Shown here: piece by piece, positions 1 to 12,878 of the stretch
Layout of the letters: each line of letters opens with the position of its first letter
How positions within the stretch are numbered: position 1 is the stretch's first letter
Source of the DNA: Tubiluchus corallicola
Lineage: Eukaryota > Animalia > Priapulida
Assembly (NCBI GenBank): GCA_030141605.1
Contig: JAQGDQ010000730.1
Location: 20,245-84,244, forward strand
Direction of reading: 5' to 3'
DNA: 64,000 bases
Position numbers and translations under genes: made by a program
The notes under the pieces: model-generated
What the model was told of the DNA's origin: nothing
The model's database searches: none
Seen by the model: the letters and a program-made list of their open reading frames with translations, nothing else

Positions 1-150
1 GGGGGTACCACGTGTGTTTTGTAAACTGTATATGACAAGGGGTCCTGGAGTTTGGGGGTAGTACCACGTGTTTTGTAAGCTGTATATGACAAGGGGTCCT
101 GGAGTTTGGGGGTAGTACCACGTGTTTTGTAAGCTGTGTATGACAAGTGG
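1..150. repeat. ~53-bp tandem repeat, about 3 copies, cut by the window edge
   Basis: Recurring GTACCACGTG...TGACAAGGGGTCCTGGAGTTTGGGGG. Confidence 0.8.
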
Positions 151-264
151 TCTGATACATTTTTCGGTGTCCATTAGGTTTTTTCCTGTAATGTTTTAGT
201 TAATTTTGTAATAACATTACAGTATTGCTAAATGGGATTCAAACCCTTTCAACTTTGTTTTGAG

Positions 265-585
265 AAAGATGGAGAAGGCTGAGGAAAGAGAGAAAGAGGA
301 AGAGAGCGATAGAAAGAGAGGGAGGGAGAGAGAGAGGGAAAAGAGAGAGAGAGAAGGAAGGAGAGAGGGAAAGAGCGAGAGAGAGGGGGAGAAAGAAAGA
401 GAGGGGGAAGGAGAGAGGGAAACAAAGGGAGGAGACAGGGAGAGAGAGAGAGAAGGAAGAATAGAGGGAACGAGCGAGAGAGAGAGAAAGAAAGAGAGGG
501 AGAGAGAGAAGGGGATAGACAGAGAGAGGGGGAAGAGTGGGCAGGAGGAAAGGAGAGAGAAAGAGAAGGACAGAGCGAGAGAGCG
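265..585. repeat. Polypurine GA-rich low-complexity tract
   Basis: Almost only G and A on the + strand. Confidence 0.9.
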
Positions 586-756
586 ATTCATTCCTATATT
601 TATTAACAGGACAATAATCACGTATTAAGCAAGTTCTTTTTAACAACAGAAAAGTCAAATGTTTGACAGCATTACAATCCTTGATATGTTAAACACAGTT
701 ATAATTATGTAATAGTCAACATTAACAAAAAGGTGAGCATAACAACAACATTATTA

Positions 757-1028
757 TACAGTGTGCGGTACATGCTACTGTAAACAGACTTTACAAACTA
801 CAATATACAAAGTACCCATTAATATGATACAAAAGCAAACATTGTGCACGGTGTGCGGTACATGCTTCTACTGTAAACAGACTTTACAATATACAAAGTA
901 TCCATTAATATGATACAAAAGCAAACATTGTGCACGGTGTGCGGTACATGCTTCTACTGTAAACAGGCTTTACAAACTACAATATACAAAGTATCCTTTA
1001 ATATTATACAAAAGCAAACGTGTGCACT
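757..1028. repeat. ~85-90-bp tandem triplication
   Basis: Three copies of GTGTGCGGTACATGCT...ACAAAAGCAAAC. Confidence 0.85.
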
Positions 1029-1469
1029 ACAATCACATAATTCGAAATAGTTCCACGATCAAGTTCAACAACCACCAGAAAAGTTTCTTGTTTCTGACAA
1101 ATGTTCATCTACCTGGTAACTTTAGTAAGGCTGATCATGGGCTTTAATCTATAGGCGGTCCATGGCTTGATTATTTTTAATGTCATTAGTTTGTAAAGTC
1201 CATAATAGGGCCAAAGGTGAAAACTCCAACAGTTTTTTGGACTAATCGGGGCAGCACAATTACCAGAGTTGCAAGCAAACTGGGCAACAATCTGCAGTTC
1301 CGTACCATAACCGTTACGAAACCGAATTCTACTCCCTAAAGTTTTAAAGATACAAATTATTCTGCTTAGACAACGCCTCAACAAATGATTCTTACTGATT
1401 TCACCACCAAACATCTTCAAGCATTGTTCAATAGAGCATTGGTCTATGAAAAAATTTGGAACAGTTCTG

Positions 1470-2990
1470 CACTTTCACATGGTTTCACACATCTTCAGTC
1501 ACTTGACGTGGTTTCGCGCATTTTCAGTCACTTGACATGGTTTCACACATCTTCAGTAACTTCACATCGTTTCACACATCTTCAGTAACTTCACTTGGTT
1601 TCACACATCTTCAGTCACTTCACATGGTTTCACACATCTTCAGTCACTTCACGTGGTTTCACACATCTTCAATCACCTCACTTGGTTTCACACATCTTCA
1701 GTCACTTCACTTGGTTTCACACATCTTCAGTCACTTCACATGGTTTCACACATCTTCAGTCACTTCACATGGATTACACATCTTCAGTCACCTCACATCG
1801 TTTCACACATCTTCAGTCACTTGACATGGTTTCACACATCTTCAGTCACTTCACTTGGTTTCACACATCTTCAGTCACTTCACGTGGTTTCACACATCTT
1901 CAATCACCTCACTTGGTTTCACACATCTTCAGTCACTTCACATGGTTTCACACATCTTCAGTCACTTCACTTGGTTTCACACATCTTCAGTCACTTCACT
2001 TGGTTTCACACATCTTCAGTCACTTCACATCGTTTCACACATCTTCAGTCACTTCACATCGTTTCACACATCTTCAGTCACTTGACATCGTTTCACACAT
2101 CTTCAATCACCTCACGTGGTTTCACACATCTTCAGTCACTTCACGTGGTTTCACACATCTTCAGTCACTTCACGTGGTTTCACACATCTTCAGTCACTTC
2201 ACGTGGTTTCACACATCTTCAGTCACTTCACGTGGTTTCACACATCTTCAATCACCTCACTTGGTTTCACACATCTTCAATCACCTCACTTGGTTTCACA
2301 CATCTTCAGTCACTTCACATGGTTTCACACATCTTCAATCACCTCACTTGGTTTCACACATCTTCAGTCACTTCACATCGTTTCACACATCTTCAGTCAC
2401 TTCACATCGTTTCACACATCTTCAGTCACTTCACATGGTTTCACACATCTTCTGCACTTCAAATGGTTTCACACATCTTCAGTCACTTCACATCGTTTCA
2501 CACATCTTCAGTCACTTCACGTGGTTTCACACATCTTCAGTCACTTCACATGCTTTCACACATCTTCAGTCACTTCACATGGTTTCACACATCTTCTGCA
2601 CTTCACATGGTTTCACACATCTTCAGTCACTTCACATCGTTTCACACATCTTCAATCACTTCACGTGGTTTCACACATCTTCAGTCACTTCACGTGGTTT
2701 CACACATCTTCAGTCACTTCACATGCTTTCACACATCTTCAGTCACTTCACGTCGTTTCACACATCTTCAGTCACTTCACGTGGTTTCACATATCTTCAG
2801 TCACTTCACATGCTTTCACACATCTTCAGTCACTTCACATGGTTTCACACATCTTCAGTCACTTCACATGGTTTCACACATCTTCTGCACTTCAAATGGT
2901 TTCACACAACTTCAATCACTTCACATGGCTTACACGTCATCAGTCACTTCACATGGTTTCACACATCTTCAGTCACTTCACATGATTTCA
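1470..2990. repeat. 29-bp minisatellite, about 52 copies
   Basis: Unit TGGTTTCACACATCTTCAGTCACTTCACA; accounts for the long ORFs in all + frames. Confidence 0.97.
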
Positions 2991-3531
2991 CAAAGCTTCG
3001 TGAACTTTTACACGGCTTCTACACTGACCGTGCGCCATCGTACACAGTATTTATGTGAGTTTTATAAGAATACAGCTTTTTGAATTTTTTGAACCAACGT
3101 TAGTTTATCCTTTTTTGTCGTGAACTGTGAAAACCATTGAAAGCTGTGTGGAGCCGTGGTTATTTGCAAATGGTCTCCTGGAAGACGCAAGAATTCCGCT
3201 GCTGCAATTCATAAGGCGGAACTGAATCACATTTCTTATAATTATGGTATCACTTAAGGCAAAATAAAAAAATTGGTTCATTTGGATTTAGTACCATGTT
3301 TACCGCCAGAGTACATTAGAGTTTTACAAGCTTCAGGCAAATGCAACTGCAAGGAGTTATAAAAAGATACAGTAAGTAAAAACATAATAATTATGGTCTA
3401 ATTAACAAAAAAACTATAGTAAAAAATTTAAAGCTTTAAAATGAGTGAAAATGGCTTAATCGTTTTGAAAGTGCTTGACATCACATTAGCTTTTTGAATG
3501 ACAATATGAGTTCTATTTAATGAGTTTTGTA

Positions 3532-3896
3532 CAGGGCGTCCCAGAAGAAGCAGTCCAAATATGCGGATATGCTGAAATATGTTGATCAAATCACAGTAAA
3601 TGAGTTTTAAGTAATTTAGTAAAAGATTAAACTCTGTAACCTAAAGGCATAATCAGAAGCGTCCCTAGGTGTTCATATGAAAAACATAATCAAGTTCATT
3701 AGATTAGTGTTTTAACACTTATCATTTTGTCAGAAATTAAGTCGAACTTCTGAATTATGACGTCACAGATGTAATGACGTACGATATCGTATTTTCACGA
3801 CTTCAGGTTTCTTAATATATATCTTTTGTTGTGTATCCACTATACTGTATAAATATTAGCAGATATGTACTGCACTGTTTTTTCTTAAACGCCCTG
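3532..3896. mobile_element. Tc1/mariner-type MITE
   Basis: TA|CAGGGCGT ... ACGCCCTG|TA: terminal inverted repeats with TA target duplication. Confidence 0.7.
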
Positions 3897-4189
3897 TACT
3901 TATATACCTACTATTATATAATTGGTATTCAAGTTACAATTCAACGACTGCCGAAATAACAGTAAAGGAAATGTTCCTTTAAAATTACATTACATGCATA
4001 CATTGTGCACTGCATGCTATAATTATGTATAGAAACACAAGTTCATCAGAAGCTTCACAATGCAAGAAGCTTGAAGTTGTTTAGAACTATGACAGCTTTT
4101 AGGTCGCATCTAATGAGCAAGGGTCATTTTTGGAAAAGATTTTTTGAAAACAACAAGAATTGACAAAGTTATTTAAACTCCTTCAGAAC

Positions 4190-4400
4190 TGGGGAAGGAG
4201 TTTACAATTCCCCACACAATTTAAATACCATAACTCTAACTCTAGCCCTACGCCTAACCCAACCCTAAACCTATCCCTAATCCTAACCCAACCCTAAACC
4301 TATCCCTAACCCTAACCTCTACCCTAACCCTAATCATAGTCCGTTCTGGCACTAATTTCCTGTGTATGGGGATTTGTAAAATTAGCCAGACCGGTAAAAC
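4190..4400 (+). mobile_element. Helentron/DINE-like non-autonomous element with internal (CCCTAA)n
   Basis: Subterminal inverted repeat TTTACAATTCCCCA / TGGGGATTTGTAAA around degenerate CCCTAA repeats; second copy inverted at ~53255-53435. Confidence 0.55.
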
Positions 4401-4622
4401 AAGCCACGATTAATTAGGTAATGCTTTTATTCAGGATACTAGGGTTTCGTATTTATGTCAGAAAATTGTCTTTACAGACTAATATTCTTTTATATTGCAA
4501 ATCAACGTTAAATACAGTAACTATAATTCACCTAAACACTGAAATAAGTGTACTTTTGCTTACACAAACACGTGCAGGAATGCATAATAGAATGTGTTAA
4601 CTGTACAATGCGCGCGCATGCT

Positions 4623-5046
4623 CTAACAACAATGTATTCTTTCTGGCACTGCCTCTAGTAGCAGGTCGTCATTCTGTCTAACCATGCCATCTTTTATTCC
4701 CTCCCAACCTTCCTCCATGACTAGGTCTCCTCTGCACATTTTGTCAAACACGGTTTTTGCCACACAATCAAAAGCGTCTTCAATGTTGTCGCCTGTCATT
4801 GCCGACGTCTCGAAGTAACTAATTCCGTGTCGTTTGGCGAAATTCTGCCCCTCCGTGTAGAGCACTTGTCTTTCTGATTCCAGGTCACTCTTGTGGCCCA
4901 CAATAATGAACACAGCCTGTCTGGGGTAAGTATGGGACAGTGCTTCTGACAGCCATTCTGCAACGCTATTAAATGATTCCCGATTGGTGATGTCAAAAAC
5001 TATGAGTCCGCCAACTGAGTTTCTGTAGTAAGACTTGGTAATTGAA
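4623..5046 (-). CDS. RAB39: Rab39 small GTPase, coding exon 2
   Basis: Acceptor tttcag at 5047-5052; reads (R)SITKSYYRNSVGGLIVFDITNRESF...GHKSDL...ETSA...EGWEGIK...IHCC*; ends in a CC prenylation motif. Confidence 0.92.
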
Positions 5047-5109
5047 CTGAAAATAACGAATCGAGAAGCTTATATTGAAGCTCAGTGCCTTGGAAAGTCA
5101 AACACTACT

Positions 5110-5167
5110 ACCTAGTAGTAGTGGTAGTGGTAGTGGTAGTGGTAGTGGTAGTGGTAGTAGTAGTAGT

Positions 5168-5238
<71 letters not shown>

Positions 5239-5342
5239 CAACAACAGTAGTAGTCAGCAGCAGCAGTAGCATCAACAACAACAACAGTAGTAGCAGTAGC
5301 AACAGCAGCAGCAGCAGCATCAACAACAACAACAATAGTAGT

Positions 5343-5376
<34 letters not shown>

Positions 5377-5485
5377 CACCTGCAGTAGTAGCAGTAGTAG
5401 CAGCAGTAGCAGTAGTAGTAGCAGCAGTAGCAGCGGCAGTAGTAGTAGCAGCAGCAGCAGTAGTAGCAGCAGGAGTAGTACTAGT
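5110..5485. repeat. Compound trinucleotide microsatellite (TAG/CAG/AAC) in the Rab39 intron
   Basis: Direct inspection. Confidence 0.95.
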
Positions 5486-5589
5486 ATTTTATTCACAGTA
5501 ATAACATTACAGTCCATCAACAACATTAGGAAAATTGTCACGGAGTCAGAAAAAAAATAAATGTTAACAACAAATAACAACACGGTGAG

Positions 5590-5850
5590 TTAACTCTAAA
5601 TTTTCAAAATTGCTGGAAAGAATTTACGGCAAAGTTCAGGATCTAAATCAAATTGTTCTTGCACTCTGTTTAAATACACGGCGTAGGTTTCTCTAATTGG
5701 CTCAGATAATCTACAATGTACAACAACATGCGACTCGTCTTGTACAGAGACATTATCACACCTGCATACTCTGTTATTACAAGGAATGGGTGACCTTGCC
5801 CATTCACCAGTCTCAAACATGCAATAAAATTTGTTCCAAGCGATTCGATT
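5590..5850 (-). mobile_element. Non-LTR retrotransposon ORF2 C-terminal relic
   Basis: ETGEWAR...RVCRCD...QDESHVVVHC resembles the ETGRW...CxxC...DExH...C tail of LINE ORF2 proteins. Confidence 0.65.
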
Positions 5851-6146
5851 AGAAATTGCCTTTTTAATTTAATGCAACATCTTTCTGAGTTTTTTTGCCT
5901 GATAGCGCAAATAGAACTCCAAGCATCTACGAGCACTTTATAAAGGTTAGAATATGGTAAACAGTTGTAGGCCTAAAATCGTCATGTCGCTTAGGTCGAA
6001 ACCACTCAGAAGTTCAAAAATATTGTGTCAAAAAGCATTCGAAGCCAAATCGCATAGCAGCTGTTCCAGCAAAAATTATGCGAGGTAGCAATACGACGCA
6101 CGTGGGTGGTGGGCGGAAGCCCGTGCCCTTCTTAGTCTATACTCAC

Positions 6147-6361
6147 CGGAAACGCTCCTGCCCGGCCGTGTCCCACAGCTGTAGCTTGACCCGCACTCCC
6201 TTTCTAACACTGATTAGCCTACAGTAGAAGTCCACGCCTACCGTCGGTTCGCATTCTTCGTATTTGCCATTGCAGAAGTACCTCAACAATGCCGACTTGC
6301 CAACAGTGCTGTCCCCTATCAAAATGAGCCTGAATTGATAATCAAACACTGGTTCAACCAT
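6147..6361 (-). CDS. RAB39: Rab39 small GTPase, coding exon 1
   Basis: MVEPVFDYQFRLILIGDSTVGKS...PTVGVDF...KLQLWDTAGQERF(R); phase-2 donor CG|gtgagt joins exon 2 in frame. Confidence 0.93.
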
Positions 6362-6535
6362 TCTACCAATAGAATTGATAATCAAACGCTGGTTCGATCA
6401 TTCTACCAATAGACTTGATAAACAAACGCTGGTTCAACCATTCTAGAGACAGAATTGACTACAAAATACTTGTTTAACCGTTCTAGCCAAAGACTTGATA
6501 ATCAAACGCTGGTTCAACCATTCTAGAGACAGAAC
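6331..6535 (-). repeat. 40-bp tandem repeat (5 units) spanning the Rab39 start codon
   Basis: Units TAGAATGGTTGAACCAG.GTTTGATTATCAA at 40-bp spacing. Confidence 0.9.
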
Positions 6536-7662
6536 TGCTGACGAAACACATTTTGAAGACGAACTATAACCAGAATACCATCACAGTCGTTCTACTGTAG
6601 ACTGTAACAATTGCACAATCGGGTTTCTCTGACCTGACTATCTGGCTTCTTCATCATTCGTCACTGCGCCGACTTCTAACGATCCGGACCAGGCGGCGCA
6701 GGCGACCTGCGTAACGATTCTGACGATGCCGGTAGATGGCGTCTGCAGCGGAACGATTCAGTTTGTCTGCTGAGATCGGGCAGCGATGAACCATGTGCAA
6801 GATCGCGGGGAATGTGTCGTGCGAACGCCACCCACTGCTTGTTCCAGGTTAAAAAAGTTCTTCAAAGAATGGTGCACCAGGTAAGACGTTTTTCTGATTA
6901 TTTAATAATTTTTTTTCGTTAAGTATTTTCGTCTTTCGTCTCTTTTCTAGCATCATGTCACGGTGTCATTCATCTAGGCGTAAAGAACGAGACATTTTGA
7001 CTATGTAAATGGCTAGGGTATCCTTGATGCTCTGTTTAATTTTGTTTGCCAATTAGCGCAGGCAGCAAACACTCGAGGTGCTGCTTATATTACTTGTGTA
7101 ATGAATGAAGATCGTATAATTGAGAAAGATATTGCTGATAGAAATGCACGTGTTCTGGCATCAGACGGATTAATGTTAGTGGTATATAAATCGCTTAATC
7201 CTGATTTAGGCGTATTAGATGCTTATGTTAATCTTTCCTTAGATGTAAAAATGATAAAATACAGATGACTAAGCTTCTCTCAGCTCATAATCTTCGTATA
7301 GACATTGGTAGGTGGTCTAGGATACCACGTGAATTCGTGAATTAAGATTATGTGGCTGCGGCCAAGTGCAAACAGAATATGATTACACTTGTGAATGGAT
7401 TAATACAGAAAATGTACAAGATTATCCTGGATATAGATTTTAGTTGTTTATCAAGTTTATTTACTTGCAATCTGAAGTTTGTTGCAAATACTGTTAGACG
7501 TTGCTTCGTTTTGTTGTAAAATTGATGAACACACAAAGCTAGTTTCTCTCTGTTATTTGCGTAGGTAGAGTTTGCTGTTGCATAGTCAACTGTATCTGCT
7601 TAATGTACTGTATTGGACTGTAAAATCGTTCTGCTCATAATTCATTGTTACTGTCAATAAAT

Positions 7663-7965
<303 letters not shown>

Positions 7966-9710
7966 AAATATGCAATGAGTCTAAGCAAAGAAACTTCATT
8001 TGTAAGACTTCTGTGAGTGAAGTGCATGTTACAGCTAAAATTCTCAAGTGTTTGACATTTTCTTTACTGAACGTGACGCTTAGTGCTTTTCTATTGGTTG
8101 AGGCTAACTCATCCAGCCATTGACCATTAAGCCAGGGTAGCAGACTGCAGCTAAACTTTTTATTGGTGTGCTCGAATGAAATAAATGACTTTCAATTCAA
8201 CACAACTTTTTTCTACCGTAATATAATTCGTGCCACATTCACAGTCCCCTCAATATAAAATATGAGTTCGAATCACATTTTCTGCATTAATCTCAAATTA
8301 CAAGTTTAACATTTGTATAAAATGTTATTACACATGTGCCTTGCTGTGTTATTTTATGTTTGTTATTGCTTGTGAAAATTGCTCGAGTCTATTATTCTGT
8401 TTTTAGGTACAAACTTATATAAAACGTATAAAAGAGATCCTTTGTTATGCCCCATTGGAACAATAGTTTCATCAAACACAAACAGTCTTTTCTCTATACA
8501 TTTCATAAGAAAATCGCTATGCGCTGTTTGTATTTGATGAAAGTTATACAAAGAATTATATAAACTGATAAGTATATAGAAGTATAATAAATTATCCTAA
8601 TTATGCTAATTTACATAACCTTGCTGGCGTCAGGAAGCCGGAGGATTAAGAACAAATGATTCTGACTCTGGTTAAAATAATTGCAAACTTTGTGCACAGC
8701 ACGAGCTTTGCTGGCAGAGTTATAATTTTGCTGAAATTACTGCAGTTCATTAACCGAATGACTTACATTGAGATTTATATTAAGGACATAAAATGTTCAT
8801 TTGTAAATGAAGTTTTGCTCTGGTTCTGTAGGCACACTGCTGCTAGTGGTAGCTTGAATTTTAAACACGTTGAATTTTATTACGATAATTTATATGAAAG
8901 GATTATTTGAAAATTTTGCGTAAAAATACTTTTTGGTTGTACAGATTCCGCGTGGTAATTTTAACTATTAAAAAGGTTATTTTCGCAAGTTTTTGGTTCC
9001 TCTACCACCCCCCCCCCCACACTTCCACCCCCTTTAGTCCTGCGTAGTAAACGTAGCATTAATGGCTTTAGCAAATAAATGTCTGTAACCAACTGTATGC
9101 ACAATAGTCAAGTGGTTGTAAATTTTTGTGCTTTTAATGCCTGTCTGACATTGTTAGCTATCAAACATTGCTACTGATCACTAGCTTAGTTGTAAAACAG
9201 GTCTAGGTACACAACTATGTATCTATTGTGTAAACATTTACTGTCTTTTAGCTATAATGTTGTATTACTGCGTGCTATGAACGCTGATTTTCTTTACACG
9301 CCATTATGTGAATTTGATAACCCAATGAGCGCAGTGTTAAATGGGTATAACGCGGTTTAACCTTTTCTCCAACAATTAAAGGAAAAGGCAACGCTTTTCT
9401 AAGTTTTTTGTTCCTCTTTCTTCCACAGTTCCACCCCTTTTCCGAATATACAAAATGTTTTCGCATGAAAACTTTTTTGCGAAAAGTGCAGGTGTAAACG
9501 ACATCAGAAAGTCCTTCAGCGAATTTAGTTTTAATTTTGTCGCAAGACTTGTTAAATGCAGCCGAACATACCGTTACCGCAGATCGCACATTCATGTAAA
9601 CATGCCTTAAGAACTTCTTGAAAACAAATTTTGCAGCGTTCGTAAATGTAACAATGATGAACGTCAACCCAAAACTAATCAGTATGGGAAACCTTTTATT
9701 ATACATGTAA

Positions 9711-10165
9711 CAATTCAAAAATTTAAAAAGAAATACAGAGCAGTGATTCTCAACAAGTACAACACTTTCTAATATCCTACACCTACTGCAGCAGTCATAC
9801 CACAATCCTGGTACAGATTATGCAAAACAAGACATCATTGATAAATCTTTAGAGCTGATGTCAACATAGCACAATCTATTATCTTTCTTCCTACCATTTC
9901 CACTAACACATCCTTCTACCCTTCCTGTGTAATCTAACCTTTCTCCCAGTTCGTTTTTTTGTTCACTCATCCATTCTTTTTTATCTGTTCACATGACAGT
10001 GGGCTTAAACAAGCCTTTGCTTCTCTAGCCCACTGCAGTACAATTATTCTTATATGATAACGATAGTGTATGACACATAATAATTTATTACAGTATGACG
10101 TAATAATTTTGATGTCACTGTGTGCCTAGTGTCATTATATTGTACTGAATGTGATAATAATAAAC
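9711..10165 (+). mobile_element. 5'-truncated CR1/Crack-like LINE 3' end, family A copy 1
   Basis: Near-identical to 23820-24325 (+) and 25245-25665 (-); has a GTGGGCT...AGCCCAC hairpin and a (TAA)n tail; further fragment at ~36303-36360. Confidence 0.7.
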
Positions 10166-10209
10166 TAAAGAAAACTAACAACATGAGTGAGATGAGTATG
10201 AAGCGCATA

Positions 10210-11752
10210 TACAAGCAGACTAGAATCCAGTAATGCACTCGTTGGCACCAGGGACCACACTGAGGTTTTGGCTCACGGTACGGGTTCGAAGCTGATTACC
10301 AGGATGTGATCAACATCATTGTTATGAGAATCTAGAGACAGTTGTGAGAAACTAGGGACAGTTATGAAAATCTAGGGACTGTTATGAGAATCTAGGGACA
10401 GTTATGAAAATCTAGGGACTGTTATGAGAATCTAGGGACTGTTAGGATACAAGCAGACTAGAATTCAGTAATGAAGTGCGCTCGTTGGCACCAGGGACCA
10501 CACTGAGGTTTTGGATCACGGTACGGGTTCGAAGCTGATTACCAGGTTGTGACTAACACCATTGTTATGAGAATCTAGGAAGTGTTATGAGAATCTAGGG
10601 ACTGTTATGAGAATCTAGGGACTGTTATGAGAATCTAGGGACTGTTATGAGAATCTAGGAACTGTTATGAGAATCTACGGACAGTTATGAGAATTTAGGG
10701 ACTGTTATAAGAATCTGGGGACTGTTATGAGAATCTAGGGACTGTTTTGAGAATCTAGGGACTGCTATGAGAATCTAGGAACTGTTATGGGAATCTACGG
10801 ACTGTTATGAGAATTTAGGGACTGTTATGAGAATCTAGGGACCGTTATGAGAATCTAGGGACCGTTATGAGAATCTAGGGACTGTTATGAGAATCTAGGG
10901 ACTGTTATGAAAATCTAGGAACTGTTATGCGAATCTAGGGACTGTTATGGGAATCTAGGGACTGTTATGAGAATCTAGGGACTGTTATGAGAATCTAGGG
11001 ACTGTTATGAGAACCTAGGGACTGTTATAAGAATCTAGGCACTGTTATGGGAATCTAGGGACTGTTATGGGAATCTAGGGACTGTTATGGGAATCTAGGG
11101 ACTGTTATGAGAATCTAGGGACTGTTATGAGAACCTAGGGACTGTTATAAGAATCTAGGGACTGTTATGAGAACCTAGGGACTGTTATGAGAATCTAGGA
11201 ACTGTTATGAGAATCTACGGACAGTTATGAGAATTTAGGGACTGTTTTGAGAATCTGGGGACTGTTATGAGAATCTAGGGACTGTTTTGAGAATCTAGGG
11301 ACTGCTATGAGAATCTAGGAACTGTTATGGGAATCTACGGACTGTTATGAGAATTTAGGGACTGTTATGAGAATCTAGGGACCGTTATGAGAATCTAGGG
11401 ACTGTTATGAAAATCTAGGAACTGTTATGCGAATCTAGGGACTGTTATGGGAATCTAGGGACTGTTATGAGAATCTAGGGACAGTTATGAGAATCTAGGG
11501 ACTGTTATGAGAACCTAGGGACTGTTATAAGAATCTAGGGACTGTTATAAGAATCTAGGGACTGTTATGGGAATCTAGGGACTGTTATGGGAATCTAGGG
11601 ACTGTTATGAGAATCTAGGGACTGTTATGAGAACCTAGGGACTGTTATAAGAATCTAGGGACTGTTATGAGAACCTAGGGACTGTTATAAGAAGCTAGGG
11701 ACTGTTATGAGAATCTAGGGACTGTTATGAGAATCTAGGGACTGTTATGGGA
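10210..11752. repeat. 20-bp minisatellite, preceded by two copies of a ~110-bp unique block
   Basis: Unit GTTATGAGAATCTAGGGACT; block at 10210-10320 is repeated at 10447-10563. Confidence 0.96.
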
Positions 11753-12204
11753 AATTGCAATGGTGCTTCGTTACATACATGTATACGAATGCATTCGAAA
11801 AAACAAAGACTTTTTTGAATGAACTGAACAAAAAGCTATAAGTGTCAAACATCAAGAGCAAATTATAATCATCGCTGTTCATTATAGTTCATGATTAGCA
11901 AGTGCTATAGAACAAAAATAATTAGCCTTGGCAACCGAGACGCGCATTCTTGATTACATTCAAAAGCCACCAATAAGAAACGTGATAAAATCTGCTAGAA
12001 TATTTTTCGGACTTCCTGTGTGTTTAATTAACTAGGGATTACATGTATATACGCGCTAGACTCCACGGATATTGCTGCTATCAGACTTCGATTTCTGGCG
12101 GCATTAGCATTCCCAAGTGGTCGTGTTTTCAATGTTTTCTATTGATTATCAATCGAGGATATATTTGCTTGAGATGTGCATCGTGGATAAACAGTTGTAC
12201 GCGT

Positions 12205-12878
12205 AATAGCTTTGGGAAAACAGTGACGTTGACATCCGGTGTTTTCAGCGTGTACGTGTACCACTACGTCCTGACATTGCAGAAGTGAAGGGAAGAGGTC
12301 AGAGGTCAGAATGAGAGGTTAGAGGTCAAATAGCTTTGGGAAAACAGTGACATTGACATCCGACGTTTTCAGCGTGTACGTGTACCACTACGTCCTGACA
12401 TTGCAGAAGTGAAGGGAAGAGGTCAGAGGTCAGAATGAGAAGTTAGAGGTCAAATAGCTTTGGGAAAACAGTGACATTGACATCCAGTGTTTTCAACGTG
12501 AACCGTTACGTCTTGACATTGCAGAAGTGAAGAGATGAGGACAGAGGTCAGAATGAGAGGTTAGAGGTCAAATAGCTTTGGGAAAACAGTGACGTTGACA
12601 TCCGGTGTTTTCAACGTGAACCACTACGTCCTGACATTGCAGAAGTGAAGAGAAGAGGTCAGAGGTCAGAATGAGAGGTTAGAGGTCAAATAACTTTGGG
12701 AAAACAGTGACGTTGACATCCGGTCAGAATGAGAGGTTAGAGGTCAAATAGCTTTGGAAAAACAGTGACATTGACATCAGACGTTTTCAGCTTGTACGTG
12801 TACCACTAAGTCCTGACATTGCAGAAGTAAAGAGAAGAGGTCAGAGGTCAGAATGAGAGGTTAGAGGTCAAATAGCTA
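12205..12878. repeat. ~118-124-bp tandem repeat, about 5.5 copies
   Basis: AATAGCTTTGGGAAAACAGTGAC recurs at about 120-bp spacing, with one shortened unit. Confidence 0.93.

Noticed and set aside
1109-1420. 103-aa minus-strand ORF with possible splice sites
   Set aside because: No recognisable domain in any frame
1537-3083. Long His/Phe/Ser-rich ORFs of up to 487 aa
   Set aside because: A 29-bp stop-poor minisatellite gives the same peptide in all three frames; no splice or domain support
6790-6890. Possible first exon of a gene divergent from Rab39 (ATG GTG CAC CAG|gtaaga)
   Set aside because: Good donor in a CpG-rich region, but I found no downstream partner exon
10320-11752. Regular short repeats resembling CRISPR arrays (also 45509-47208 and 60016-60433)
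   Set aside because: No unique spacers, no cas genes, eukaryotic context
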